A stretch of 64,000 nucleotides of DNA from an uncultured Trueperaceae bacterium (lineage in GTDB: Bacteria > Deinococcota > Deinococci > Deinococcales > Trueperaceae): NCBI GenBank assembly GCA_963727505.1, contig CAVSGP010000004.1:768001-832000 (forward strand), in the 5' to 3' direction. The notes beneath the pieces are model-generated. The model ran no database searches. It was not told the origin of the DNA and worked only from the letters and a program-made list of their open reading frames with translations. Each line of letters starts with the position of its first letter. The stretch's first letter is position 1. Both the position numbers and the translations under genes were made by a program. Below, piece by piece: positions 22,119 to 31,902 of this stretch.

Positions 22119-23951
22119 CTAGGGTTCCCGCTCGTCGACGCCGCCGTCGGCCGGAGCCTCGTCGACCGGCGCCTCGTCGGCGTCCCCTTCGGACGCGTCG
22201 GCACTGTCCGGTGCGGCCTGCAGCCATTCGGGTTCCCCCAGGCCGGTGAGGCGCTCCCGGCTACGGTTCGGGAACCGCCCACGCAGCGACGAGGCGTAAT
22301 CGGCCAGGTTGGCCAGGCCGTCGCCGACCGGCAGACGCAGGCAGAACTCGCCCTGCCCGACGCGAGCCACCAGGTGGAAGGGGGCCTCCGTGAGGCGCTC
22401 CAGCACCTTCAGCACCACGTCGCGGCTGAGCGTGCCCCCGCCCGCCAGGTCCTCCAGCAGGAACACCGTGGGAGCGCGCAGGCCCGCCAGGTGCGTGAGC
22501 ACTTCGGAGAAGGCGCCACGCTCCGCCACGAGCGTCGCCACGTTCTTCTCGAAGCGTTCCAGGCCGTGTCCGAAGAGCCCCTCGCGCTCGAAGTGCAGCT
22601 CCAGATCGAAGGGGCTGACGGGCACGCTCTGGCTCAGGGTGCGCGCCCGGTGGAGCCCTTCCCACGACCACAGCGTGGCGCGGGCGAGCTCGGCCGGCGC
22701 CTGCAGGCGCTGCAGGTCTCGGCGGTCGCCGAACACCGACAGGTAACGCGCGCCGGCCTCGCGCCGCCGCGCCAGCAGCGCGGCCCAGTCGAGGCGCTGC
22801 CCGTAGCCAAGTGCGAACACCAGCGCGGTGTAGCCGCGCCTGCCGAGCTCGGCGTGCACCATGAGCTGGCCCTGGCCGAGCGCCTCCACCCGGAACCCGA
22901 ACGCCTGGAGCAGCTCGCGCGCGCGGCCGACGTGCTGCAGGTCGATCTCGTCGTCGTCGTCTGCGTCGTGGGTCAGGGCGGCATCACCCGGGAACACCGT
23001 CGCCGCGCGCGGCGGCGCGCGCCGCTCCCGGACGGACGGCGAAGCGGCGTGCGACGCCACGTTCTCCTCCGCTTCGGTCGCCGGCGGAGGCGTCGGCGGC
23101 GGTGGAGTCCGCCCGAGCTCCGGAACGTCGCCTACAGGCAACGCGCCGGCTCCCTGGCTACCTTCCTCCACGGCATCGGGCGCACCTCCCCCGGAGTCAC
23201 GCCACGGCGTCGGCTCCCCGGTCTGCCAGGGATCCTGCCACGTCGACTGCCAGAGCGCCTCCTGGCGGGCCTCGCCGGGGCCCTCCGGCGCCGCTCGGGC
23301 AGCCGTTTCGGCGCCGCCGTCGTCCGCGACCGGGCGCTCATGCGCCTCCCGGGCGGGCGGTTGCGGCGCCGTGACCGGCACGCCGACCGGCGCGGCGGCG
23401 ACGTGCCCTTGCGCCTTGCTGCCAGCTCTCTGCCGCGAGGCGCGACGCTGCGCCTCCTCCTCGTCGATCCTTCGCTCCAGCGCTGCGCGGGCATGCCAAC
23501 GCCCCTCGAAGAAGACGAAACGATCGTCGACCTCCAAGAGGCCGCGCAGGTCGAAGTCCTCCGGGAGGTCGGGGTACAGCGCCCGCACCTCGGTCTCGTT
23601 GGCCGCCAGCTCCGCCTCCGCCAATTCGTCGAGTAGCGCAGCCACGGCGCCGGGGCGCGCGTAGTCGGGCTTGCGGGCGCGCGGAAGCGGCGTGAACGCG
23701 AAGCGCCCGTCCTCCAGGGGACGGATCAAGAGCTCGTCATTGACGTCGAGGTCGTGAACGGCGAAGAACTCGTCGAGACCGGTAACGGTGCGGGGCCCGG
23801 TGGCCAGCAGCTCCAGTGCGACGTCCCGTCGCGTGTCGACGGCGGCGATGGCTCCGTCCTCGGGGAACAGACCGAGCATCGTTCGCGGCAGCGTGAGCGC
23901 TCCGTTGCGCAGGCAATGGCGCGTCAACGGATAGCGATACTCCTGGTCCAT
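22119..23951 (-). CDS. hypothetical protein (two folded regions joined by a Pro/Ala-rich linker)
   Basis: Long ORF with GAGGGG SD before MDQEYRYPLTRHC; globular-looking N- and C-terminal regions. Confidence 0.7.
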   Translation of the reverse strand: MDQEYRYPLTRHCLRNGALTLPRTMLGLFPEDGAIAAVDTRRDVALELLATGPRTVTGLDEFFAVHDLDVNDELLIRPLEDGRFAFTPLPRARKPDYARPGAVAALLDELAEAELAANETEVRALYPDLPEDFDLRGLLEVDDRFVFFEGRWHARAALERRIDEEEAQRRASRQRAGSKAQGHVAAAPVGVPVTAPQPPAREAHERPVADDGGAETAARAAPEGPGEARQEALWQSTWQDPWQTGEPTPWRDSGGGAPDAVEEGSQGAGALPVGDVPELGRTPPPPTPPPATEAEENVASHAASPSVRERRAPPRAATVFPGDAALTHDADDDDEIDLQHVGRARELLQAFGFRVEALGQGQLMVHAELGRRGYTALVFALGYGQRLDWAALLARRREAGARYLSVFGDRRDLQRLQAPAELARATLWSWEGLHRARTLSQSVPVSPFDLELHFEREGLFGHGLERFEKNVATLVAERGAFSEVLTHLAGLRAPTVFLLEDLAGGGTLSRDVVLKVLERLTEAPFHLVARVGQGEFCLRLPVGDGLANLADYASSLRGRFPNRSRERLTGLGEPEWLQAAPDSADASEGDADEAPVDEAPADGGVDEREP

Positions 23952-24080
23952 GCGTCCCCTCACACGTTCGGTCATGCAACCGGCAGAGGCTGGCCTGCCC
24001 CGCGAGCGTTTCGCGCTCGCCCGTGGGACCATGTCCGGGCAGGCATTGTCATCATTTCGGCAAGTGTAACAGAAGGTCCG

Positions 24081-24281
24081 TCAGTCGTCGTGACGCTCGC
24101 CCCGCAGCTTCTCGACGTTGCGTCGGAACACTTCCAGGCTCGGGAAGCCCGTGGGGCGCATCACGCCGCCTGGTACTCCGCGATGCCCGCAAGCGGGGCA
24201 GGTGACGTCGTCGTCCATGGTGGCATCGGACGGGAACACCTGCCCGCACTCGGCGCACCGCACGTGAGGCGTCATGGCCAT
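24081..24281 (-). CDS. small zinc-ribbon protein (66 aa)
   Basis: AAGGAGG SD; CAEC...CPAC motif; directly downstream of rnr. Confidence 0.75.
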   Translation of the reverse strand: MAMTPHVRCAECGQVFPSDATMDDDVTCPACGHRGVPGGVMRPTGFPSLEVFRRNVEKLRGERHDD

Positions 24282-24367
24282 GGGGGTCCTCCTTGCAGTA
24301 ACAGCGCGTGCGCGCCCGGAGGCCGAGCCGCCTTGCGGCGTCTCCGGGCGCGCACGCGACACGCGCG

Positions 24368-27244
24368 TCAGTCCTTGCCGCTGCCGCCGAACACCAGGCG
24401 GCGGCGCTTCCGGCGCGGCTGCTCGCCCTGGGCCGGCGTGCCGGGTTGCGCAGCCGGCGCCTTGGGGGCGGACTTGTCAGCGCCCGCGTCGCCCCGGGCC
24501 GAGCCGCGACGTCCGCTCTTGCCCGAGCCGCCCGCTGCAGCACCGCTCTCCGCTTCGCCGGAGGCCGGGGTGCCGGCCGCACCGGCGCCCTTTCCCGAGC
24601 GCCGACGCCGGCTGCGCCTGGCCGCGGACTTGGTCGCGGGCTTGGCGTCCCCGTCGTCGGACGGAGCCGGCGCCGCGGGCGTTTCGGCCTTCGCAGCCGC
24701 CGCCTTGGCGCCCGACTTGGCACCGCCGCGTCGGGAGCGCCGCGAAGACGTCGTCTTCTCGCCGGCGTCCTTCGCCTCCGCACTCTTCGTACCAGCGCCC
24801 TTCGTACCAGCACCCTTCGTACCAGCACCCTTGGCTTCGCCGGCCTGTTCGACGGGGCCCTTCGCGTCAGCGCCCTTCGTACCAGCGCCCTTCGTACCAG
24901 CGCCCTTGGCGCCGCTCTTCGAGCGGCCGCGCGAGCTCGACGCCGCAGCCTTCGCCTTCGTCGTCGTCTTCGACCCGGACGCGGTCGCCGCCTTGCCGCC
25001 ACGCTTGGCACGGCCGTTGCCGCTCGCCTGCGCGCCCTCTTCGGCCGTGAACGCCGAAGGCGCCTTGAGCGTCTTGGGTGGCTTCTGCCGGACGGGCTTG
25101 TCTTCGACCTCCACCTCCGGCATCTCCATGCTGGCCGGGATGAGGTCGATCTGCCGCTGCGTGGGGTTCGCCTGGAACACCTTCACTTCGACCCGGTCGC
25201 CCATGCGGTAGCGCTTGCGGGTGTGCTTGCCCATCAGCATGAGGGCGTCCTCGAGGTAGATGTAGTAGTCGTCGTCCAGGTGGGAGACGTGCATCAACCC
25301 CTCGACGCCGTTGGGGAGGCTGACGAAGACGCCGAAGTTGGTCACGCCGCTCACCACGCCGTGGAAGGCTTCGCCGATGTGGTCCTTCGCCCAGCGCGCG
25401 TGGTAGTACCGACTCAGATCGCGCTCGGCGCTCTCGGCGCGGCGTTCCCGGTCACTCGACTGCTCCGCCAGCTTGGGGAAGTCGGTCTTGAGCCGCTCCT
25501 TGAGCGTCGGCGACAGGCGGTGCTGCAGAAGCGCGCGCATCACGCGGTGCACCACCAGGTCGGGGTAGCGCCGGATCGGGCTGGTGAAATGCAGGTAGTT
25601 GTCGAACGCCAGTCCGAAGTGGCCCAGATTCTCCGAGCTGTAGCGCGCCTGCTTGAGGCTGCGCAGCAGCAGGGTGTTGACGATCTGCGCCTCGGGCTTG
25701 CCGGCCGCCTCCCGCAGGATGCGCTGCAGGTCCTGCGGACGGGCCTTCTCGAGGTCGAGCGTGTAGCCGAGGCGCGCCAGCGCCTTCTGCAGGGCCTGCA
25801 CCTTCTCCACGCTGGGGTCCTCGTGCACCCGGAACAGCGCCGGTACGTCTCGCTTGTCGAGCTCCTCGGCCACCAGCCGGTTCGCCAGCAGCATCATCTC
25901 CTCGATGAGCTGGCGCGCGGTGTTGCTGCGCACGGGGGTGAGGTGCAACGCGCCCTGCTCGTCGACATCCACCTTGGCCTCGGTGAAGTCGAAGTCGAGC
26001 GCGCCCGCCCCGATGCGCTGCTTGCGGAGCTCCTGGCTCAGGTTGATGAGCACCTTGATGTCGCGCTCCAGCTTGCGCTTGCCGTGGGGCAGGCGCCCGC
26101 CGTCGCTGTAGTCCTGCACCTGTTCGTAGGTGAGGCGCGCATCGGATTCGATGACGGTCTCGCGGAAGCGCACGCCCTTGACCTCACCCGCCCGGGTGAT
26201 GTCGACGAACACCGACAGGGCCAGCCGCGGCTCTCCCTCCACCAGCGAGCAGATGCCGTTGGAGAGCGTCTCGGGCAGCATGGGCAGGGTGCGGCCGGGC
26301 AGGTAGACGCTGGTGGCACGCTCCTGCGCCTCGTCGTCGAGGCTGGTGCCCTCCGCCACGTAGTACGAGACGTCGGCGATGTGCACGCCGACGCGCAGCA
26401 TGCCGTCCTTGCCGCTGCCCTTGAGCCGTTCCAGCGAGAGGGCGTCGTCGAAGTCCTTGGCGTCCTCGCCGTCGATGGTGAAGGTGGGGTTGTGGCGGTA
26501 GTCGGTGCGGCCCGCCATCATCTCACCGTCCACCGTGGGAGGCACCGCCTTCGACTCGGCTTCGGTGTCCGCGTCGAACTCCGCCTTGAGGCCGTACTTC
26601 ACGATCACGGCCTTGGTCTCCACCTCGGGATCGTCGCCGGCGCCGAGGAACTCCTCGACCTCGCCGAAGGGTTCCTTCTCCCCCGAAGTCTCGGGCCACG
26701 CCATGCGGGCCACGATCCTCGAGCCGCCCTCGAGCTTGCCCACCGACTCGGGCGTCAGCAGGATGCGCTCGCGCAGGCGCGGCGAGTCGGGCCGCAGGAT
26801 GGCGTAGCCACGCGCGTACTCCAGCGTCCCTACCACCTGAGCGTAGCCGCGCTCCAGGATGCGCACGATCTCGCCGCTCTGACGGTCGTCCTCGCTAGAC
26901 GTGGTGTTGGGGCGGGCAACCACGCGGTCGCCGTCCCAGGCGCCGGCCAGCTTGTTCGCCGGGATGAAGAGGTCCTTGCCCTCACCGCTGTCGGAGATGA
27001 CGAAACCGTAACCGCCCGAGGCGACCTGTAGCTTGCCGATGAAGAGGTTCATCTCCTGCGGCAAGCCGAAGCTGCGCCTGCGGGTACGGATCAATCGGCC
27101 CTCGTCGGCGAGCTCTCCCAGAAGCTTCCTCAGGGCGTTGCGGTCGTCGATATTCAGGTGCTTCTGCACGTCCTGGACATGCCAAGGGTGCTCCGGATTG
27201 CTCCGGAAGAAGGTGAACACCTGTTCCTTGTCGAGTTCTGCCAT
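24368..27244 (-). CDS. rnr: ribonuclease R
   Basis: TIDGEDAKDFDDA and HFTSPIRRYPDL motifs; cold-shock and S1 domains; long basic tail. Confidence 0.96.
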   Translation of the reverse strand: MAELDKEQVFTFFRSNPEHPWHVQDVQKHLNIDDRNALRKLLGELADEGRLIRTRRRSFGLPQEMNLFIGKLQVASGGYGFVISDSGEGKDLFIPANKLAGAWDGDRVVARPNTTSSEDDRQSGEIVRILERGYAQVVGTLEYARGYAILRPDSPRLRERILLTPESVGKLEGGSRIVARMAWPETSGEKEPFGEVEEFLGAGDDPEVETKAVIVKYGLKAEFDADTEAESKAVPPTVDGEMMAGRTDYRHNPTFTIDGEDAKDFDDALSLERLKGSGKDGMLRVGVHIADVSYYVAEGTSLDDEAQERATSVYLPGRTLPMLPETLSNGICSLVEGEPRLALSVFVDITRAGEVKGVRFRETVIESDARLTYEQVQDYSDGGRLPHGKRKLERDIKVLINLSQELRKQRIGAGALDFDFTEAKVDVDEQGALHLTPVRSNTARQLIEEMMLLANRLVAEELDKRDVPALFRVHEDPSVEKVQALQKALARLGYTLDLEKARPQDLQRILREAAGKPEAQIVNTLLLRSLKQARYSSENLGHFGLAFDNYLHFTSPIRRYPDLVVHRVMRALLQHRLSPTLKERLKTDFPKLAEQSSDRERRAESAERDLSRYYHARWAKDHIGEAFHGVVSGVTNFGVFVSLPNGVEGLMHVSHLDDDYYIYLEDALMLMGKHTRKRYRMGDRVEVKVFQANPTQRQIDLIPASMEMPEVEVEDKPVRQKPPKTLKAPSAFTAEEGAQASGNGRAKRGGKAATASGSKTTTKAKAAASSSRGRSKSGAKGAGTKGAGTKGADAKGPVEQAGEAKGAGTKGAGTKGAGTKSAEAKDAGEKTTSSRRSRRGGAKSGAKAAAAKAETPAAPAPSDDGDAKPATKSAARRSRRRRSGKGAGAAGTPASGEAESGAAAGGSGKSGRRGSARGDAGADKSAPKAPAAQPGTPAQGEQPRRKRRRLVFGGSGKD
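24785..24908 (-). repeat. 15-bp coding tandem repeats (KGAGT units) in the RNase R tail
   Basis: CCCTTCGTACCAGCR units on the + strand in two blocks. Confidence 0.85.
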
Positions 27245-27333
27245 TGCTGCAAGTGTAGCCCGTGAGCGACCAACACCCCGTCGGCAACGCCGCCCCGGTG
27301 TCGGCTACCTGGGCCGCGGGCCGATTCGGGACG

Positions 27334-27349
27334 TTCAGCTCTGACTGAA
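27334..27349. promoter_or_regulatory. palindromic operator TTCAG-N6-CTGAA, probable autoregulatory site of the GbsR/MarR regulator
   Basis: TTCAGCTCTGACTGAA just upstream of the TAGGCT -10 (27366-27371). Confidence 0.6.
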
Positions 27350-27390
27350 ACCTGCAAAATGGGCATAGGCTGGACCGCCAGGGAGGGGTC

Positions 27391-27909
27391 ATCATCGAAC
27401 GACGTGCCCCCGACGAACGCCGGGGCCTGCTCACCCTCATCGAGGAGCTCGGGCTCACCTTCGAAGCACAAGGCATGCCGCGCATGGCCGGACGCATCGT
27501 CGGCGCGCTGCTGGTGGCCGACCCCCCCGAGCAATCCGCCGACAAGCTCGCCGATACCCTGCATGCCAGCCGCAGCTCGATCAGCACGATGACCCGGCTG
27601 CTGGAGCGCACCGGCCTGATCGATCGGGTCAGCATGCCCGGGGACCGCAGGCTCTACTACCGCAACCGCCCGGACGCCTGGCACCAGCGCACGCTCGACG
27701 GCATGGACCCTATCCGCCACATGCGCTCGCTTGCCGAGAAGGGCCTGCACCTCATGGACGGCGCCTCCGCGGAGGTCCTGCAGGGGCTGGTGGACATGTA
27801 CCAGTTCTACGCCTACTGGGAGCGCGAGATGCCTCGCATGATCGATGCCTGGAGGGAGGCGAAGGACCGCGGGGAGCTGCCCGAGCCGCCCACGGATCGC
27901 GCGCCATGA
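27391..27909 (+). CDS. GbsR/MarR family transcriptional regulator
   Basis: IEELGLTFEAQGMPRMAGRIVGALLV...ASRSSISTMTRLL...PGDRRLYY. The first ATG is 27475, but the conserved helix begins upstream (probable ATC start at 27391 or 27394). Confidence 0.85.
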   Translation: MIERRAPDERRGLLTLIEELGLTFEAQGMPRMAGRIVGALLVADPPEQSADKLADTLHASRSSISTMTRLLERTGLIDRVSMPGDRRLYYRNRPDAWHQRTLDGMDPIRHMRSLAEKGLHLMDGASAEVLQGLVDMYQFYAYWEREMPRMIDAWREAKDRGELPEPPTDRAP

Positions 27910-29156
27910 CTCCGACCTCACGGCGAGCCCACGGCCTCGCCAGCCTGGCGCGCCTAGCCTGGCGCAACCTCTTTCGCCATCGACGTCGCACGTTGCTGCT
28001 GGTCGTGGTGGTGGCCTACGCCACCCTCGCCATCATCTTCTTCTGGGGCTTCACCGACGGTTTCCTCGACTCGATCATGAACGCCCAGGGTCGCCTCGTG
28101 GCGGCGCCCGTGCTCGTCACGACCGAGGCCTATCACGGCGACCCGGATCCCTCCAACGCGCTCGCCGACCCCGCCTCGCTGGAGACCCTCGCCCTGCAGG
28201 ACCCGCGCGTGCACGCCGCCGCCCCGCGCATCGACTTCGGCGCGCTGCTGCGCTCGCCCTACACCATGGAGGGGGTCATGGCCCGGGGCGTCGACCCCAC
28301 GCGTGAAGGACGGGTCTCCGACCTGCCGCGCAGCGTCGCCGCGGGCCGCATGCTTCAGGGACCCGGCGAGATCGTGTTGGGGCAGGGCCTGGCAGAGCGC
28401 CTCGACGTGCGCCTGGGGGAGCGCGTCGCCGTCGACGCCTCCGCACTGGCCGGGCCTCAGGCGCTGGGGCTGCGCCTGGTGGGGCTCATCGACGCGGGCA
28501 CTGCGGCCGTCGATGACCACGTTGCGCTGGTGGACCTTGCCGACGCCCGCATGCTGACCGGCGTGAGCGGCGCTACCGGCGTCGCCCTCGACGTGCCACT
28601 AGGGCAGGAGACCGCGGCCGCGGCCGCCGTCAACGAACGTCTGAGCGGCAGCGCGCACGCCTTCGCGGTAGGCGAGCTGCTCGGCGCGCTTCAGCGGGGG
28701 CTCGCCGCCGAGCGCATCCAGATGATCCCCATGGGTCTGCTGTTCTCGCTCTTCGCCGCCGTCGCCGTCACCACCACCGTTGTCGTGAGCGTGCTCGAGC
28801 GCATCCGCGAGTTCGGCGTCATCGTGGCGCTGGGCCTCGATCAGGCCAGCCTCGCCTGGCTGGTCACCTTCGAGTCGGTCTTCTCCACCGCACTGGGCTG
28901 GCTGGCGGGACTGGTGCTCGGCTACGGCCTGCTCTGGGTCATGAGCGTGACCAACGCTCTGGGCAGCTTCATCAACAGCTTCTACGGCGACCTGCTGCAG
29001 GGGCTTGCCCTCACCGACCAGGTACGCGCCGGCATCCGGCCCGAATACGCCCTCTTCGCCTCCATCACCATCGCGCTGGCAGCGCTGTTCTCCGCGCTGG
29101 CGCCGGCACGGCGGGTGCGCCGGCTCAACCCCGCCGACGCCATGCGCACGGAGTGA
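27906..29156 (+). CDS. FtsX/LolC-type ABC transporter permease
   Basis: LAWRNLFRHRRRT, SVLERIREFG and PARRVRRLNPADAMR motifs. Confidence 0.9.
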   Translation: MTPTSRRAHGLASLARLAWRNLFRHRRRTLLLVVVVAYATLAIIFFWGFTDGFLDSIMNAQGRLVAAPVLVTTEAYHGDPDPSNALADPASLETLALQDPRVHAAAPRIDFGALLRSPYTMEGVMARGVDPTREGRVSDLPRSVAAGRMLQGPGEIVLGQGLAERLDVRLGERVAVDASALAGPQALGLRLVGLIDAGTAAVDDHVALVDLADARMLTGVSGATGVALDVPLGQETAAAAAVNERLSGSAHAFAVGELLGALQRGLAAERIQMIPMGLLFSLFAAVAVTTTVVVSVLERIREFGVIVALGLDQASLAWLVTFESVFSTALGWLAGLVLGYGLLWVMSVTNALGSFINSFYGDLLQGLALTDQVRAGIRPEYALFASITIALAALFSALAPARRVRRLNPADAMRTE

Positions 29157-29169
29157 AAGGACGGCCACC

Positions 29170-29943
29170 ATGGCCCGCTCGATGATCAGGACGCTCCTGT
29201 TTGCCGCTCTGCTCGCCGTCGCCAGCTTCGGCCTGACCCAGGGCGAGGGCACGACAACCACCGACGCCCTCACCGCCCAGGGCGTCCTGGACGGCGTGGT
29301 CGAGAACCTGCGCGGCGTCAGCCAGTGGGCGACGCTGCAGCTCACGGTCGAGCGCCCTCAGCGCACCACCGATTACGTCATGGAGATCGTCACCGACGGC
29401 GACAAGCGCTCGCTGGCGCGGGTCACCGCGCCGCCACGGGAGGCCGGCCAGGCCTTCCTCTCGATCGACACCAACCTCCTGATCTACAACCCGCGTCTCG
29501 GGCGCAGCCTGCGCCTGCCGCCGTCGGGCCGCAGCAACGCCTTCCTCGGCTCCGACCTCTCCTACGATGACCTCGCCGGCGAGGAGTACCGCGACCAGTA
29601 CGACGCCACCATCGCAGGACGCGACGCCGACGCCATCACCCTCGACCTGACGCCCCACCCCGAAGCGCCCACCCCCTACGGCAAGTTGGAGTTCCGGGTG
29701 CAACCCGCCACCTACGCCCCGCTCACCCTTACCTACTTCGACCAGCGCGGCAACGCCGTGAAGCGCATGAGCTTCTCGGACTTCAAGGCGGTCGACGGCA
29801 GGACGGTGCCCGAGCGCTTCGAGGTCGTCGACCTGCTCAAGGACGGCTACCGCACCATCGCCGCCTGGACCCGGGTCGATTATTCAACGCCGGTACCGGA
29901 CGCCTGCTTCACCGAGGCCGCGCTGGAACGGGGCTGCCGCTAG
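29170..29943 (+). CDS. LolA-like outer-membrane lipoprotein-sorting protein
   Basis: Signal peptide; APPREAGQAFL, FLGSDLSYDDL and YFDQRG motifs. Confidence 0.82.
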   Translation: MARSMIRTLLFAALLAVASFGLTQGEGTTTTDALTAQGVLDGVVENLRGVSQWATLQLTVERPQRTTDYVMEIVTDGDKRSLARVTAPPREAGQAFLSIDTNLLIYNPRLGRSLRLPPSGRSNAFLGSDLSYDDLAGEEYRDQYDATIAGRDADAITLDLTPHPEAPTPYGKLEFRVQPATYAPLTLTYFDQRGNAVKRMSFSDFKAVDGRTVPERFEVVDLLKDGYRTIAAWTRVDYSTPVPDACFTEAALERGCR

Positions 29944-29945
29944 CC

Positions 29946-31169
29946 ATGCTGGCGCTCGCCTGGCGCAACCTGTGGCGCCAACGCCGCCGCAGCCTCACCA
30001 GCGTCGGCGCGGTGGCGCTGGTGGTGTGCCTCTCGCTGCTGTACTACGGCATCGGCGGCGCCGCGGTGAACAGCATGTACCGCAACCTCACCCAGGCGGC
30101 GGGCCAGGTACAGGTCCACGTCGAGGGCTACCGCAACCTCCGTGACTTCTCGGCCGGGCTCGTCACCGGCGCCTCCCAGGTCGAAGCCGCGGCCCGTTCT
30201 GCGGCGGGCTCCGGCGTGGTCATCGGCGTGCTCGACGTCCCCGGACTCCTCATCCACGGTGACCGCTCGCGCGCCGTTGCCCTGTCGGGTCGACAGTGGC
30301 CCGCGGCCCTGCAGGCCTCCTACTTGCGTCAGAACCCGCTGCAGGGCAGTTTCGTGCGCGCCGGCGACGAGACCGGCATCGTGCTCGGCCGCAGCCTCGC
30401 CACCGCCCTGGCCGTCGGGATCGGCGACGAGGTCGTCATGTACGCGCCCGGCACCGAAGGCTATGGCGCCGCCTCCTACACCGTCACCGGCCTTGTAGAC
30501 GTGCTCGACCCCAACACCGCCGCGCGCACGGCGCTGGTGTCGCTGACGGCGGCACAGGCCCTGGCGGCACCCGACGCGCTGTCGCGGCTCGAGGTCCACT
30601 TCCCCGAGGTCCGGCGCGTGCAGGAGGACGCCATCAGCGCCGAAACGGCTCGTCAGGTCCGCCAGGCGCTGCCCGACCTGACGGTCGAGACGTGGCGGCA
30701 GCTCTCCCCCGCGCTCGGCCGCATCCTCGACTCCATCCGGCCCTTGATGGCGATAACGACGATCATCTTCTACATCCTGGCTGGGCTGCTGGTGGTCAAC
30801 AGCGTCTACCTGGGCATGATCGAGCGCATCCGCGAGTTCGGCGTGCTGATGTCGCTGGGGGCGAGCGGCCGGCGCGTCATGGGGCTGATCACGCTGGAGA
30901 GCGTGGTGTTGTGCTCCGCCGGCGCCGTCCTCGGTTCTGCCGTCGGGCTACCGCTGGTGGGCCTGATGGCGCGCGGCTTCACCGTCCCCGGGCTCGAGCA
31001 GTACTACGCCAGCTTCGGCCTCGACCCGGTCTTCTACGCCAGCATCCACCCCAGCGAGGTGGTGTTCGCCATCCTCTTCGCGCTAGGCACCGGCGTCCTG
31101 GCGGCGCTGTGGCCCGCCTCGCTGGCTTCGCGCCTCGAGCCCGTCGAGGCATTGCGCTTCACGGCGTGA
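29946..31169 (+). CDS. FtsX/LolC-type ABC transporter permease
   Basis: LAWRNLWRQRRRS, IERIREFG and ASRLEPVEALR motifs. Confidence 0.9.
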   Translation: MLALAWRNLWRQRRRSLTSVGAVALVVCLSLLYYGIGGAAVNSMYRNLTQAAGQVQVHVEGYRNLRDFSAGLVTGASQVEAAARSAAGSGVVIGVLDVPGLLIHGDRSRAVALSGRQWPAALQASYLRQNPLQGSFVRAGDETGIVLGRSLATALAVGIGDEVVMYAPGTEGYGAASYTVTGLVDVLDPNTAARTALVSLTAAQALAAPDALSRLEVHFPEVRRVQEDAISAETARQVRQALPDLTVETWRQLSPALGRILDSIRPLMAITTIIFYILAGLLVVNSVYLGMIERIREFGVLMSLGASGRRVMGLITLESVVLCSAGAVLGSAVGLPLVGLMARGFTVPGLEQYYASFGLDPVFYASIHPSEVVFAILFALGTGVLAALWPASLASRLEPVEALRFTA

Positions 31170-31194
31170 GCGCACCGCAACCCGGAGGGACGGA

Positions 31195-31902
31195 ATGAGC
31201 CTGTACCGCATCGAGAACCTGCAGAAGCGTTACCGGACCGGCGAGGTGGAGACGCTGGCGCTGCGCGGCGTCGACCTCACCATCGACGAGGGCGAGTTCA
31301 CAGCCGTGGCCGGGCCGTCCGGCAGCGGCAAGAGCACGCTTCTCCACCTCATGGGGGCGCTCGACACCCCCTCGGCCGGCGAGGTCTACCTGGCCGGCAC
31401 CCGCATCGACCGGCTCGGCAAGCGCGACGCCGCCCGCATGCGGCTGGCGAACCTCGGCTTCGTGTTCCAGGCGTACAACCTCATCCCCGTGCTGACCGCC
31501 CTCGAGAACGCGGCCTTCGTGCTGGAGCTGCAAGGCGTCGGCCGGCGCGAGCGAGAGAAGCGGGCCCACCAGGCCCTCGACGACCTCGGCATGGCGGAGT
31601 TCGCCAGCCGTCGCCCCAACCAGCTCTCCGGCGGGCAGCAGCAGCGCGTGGCCGTCGCCCGCGCGCTGGCAGCCGAGCCGAAGATCATCCTGGCCGACGA
31701 GCCTACCGCCAACCTGGACAGCGAGACCGGGCACGCCCTCATCGAGCTGATGCGTCACCTCAACCGAGAGCACGGCGTGACCTTCGTGTTCAGCACGCAC
31801 GATCCGAGGCTGCTCGACAGTGTGGACCGCATCGTCCGGCTCGAGGACGGACGCGTCGCCGGCGAGGAGAAGCGGGGCGGGAACACGCGCGTCGAGGCAT
31901 GA
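31195..31902 (+). CDS. ABC transporter ATP-binding protein (LolD-like)
   Basis: [26 protein letters not shown] and STHD motifs. Confidence 0.95.
   Translation: MSLYRIENLQKRYRTGEVETLALRGVDLTIDEGEFTAVAGPSGSGKSTLLHLMGALDTPSAGEVYLAGTRIDRLGKRDAARMRLANLGFVFQAYNLIPVLTALENAAFVLELQGVGRREREKRAHQALDDLGMAEFASRRPNQLSGGQQQRVAVARALAAEPKIILADEPTANLDSETGHALIELMRHLNREHGVTFVFSTHDPRLLDSVDRIVRLEDGRVAGEEKRGGNTRVEA

Noticed and set aside
24785..24908. CRISPR or non-coding repeat array
   Set aside because: These are in-frame 15-bp coding repeats inside rnr.
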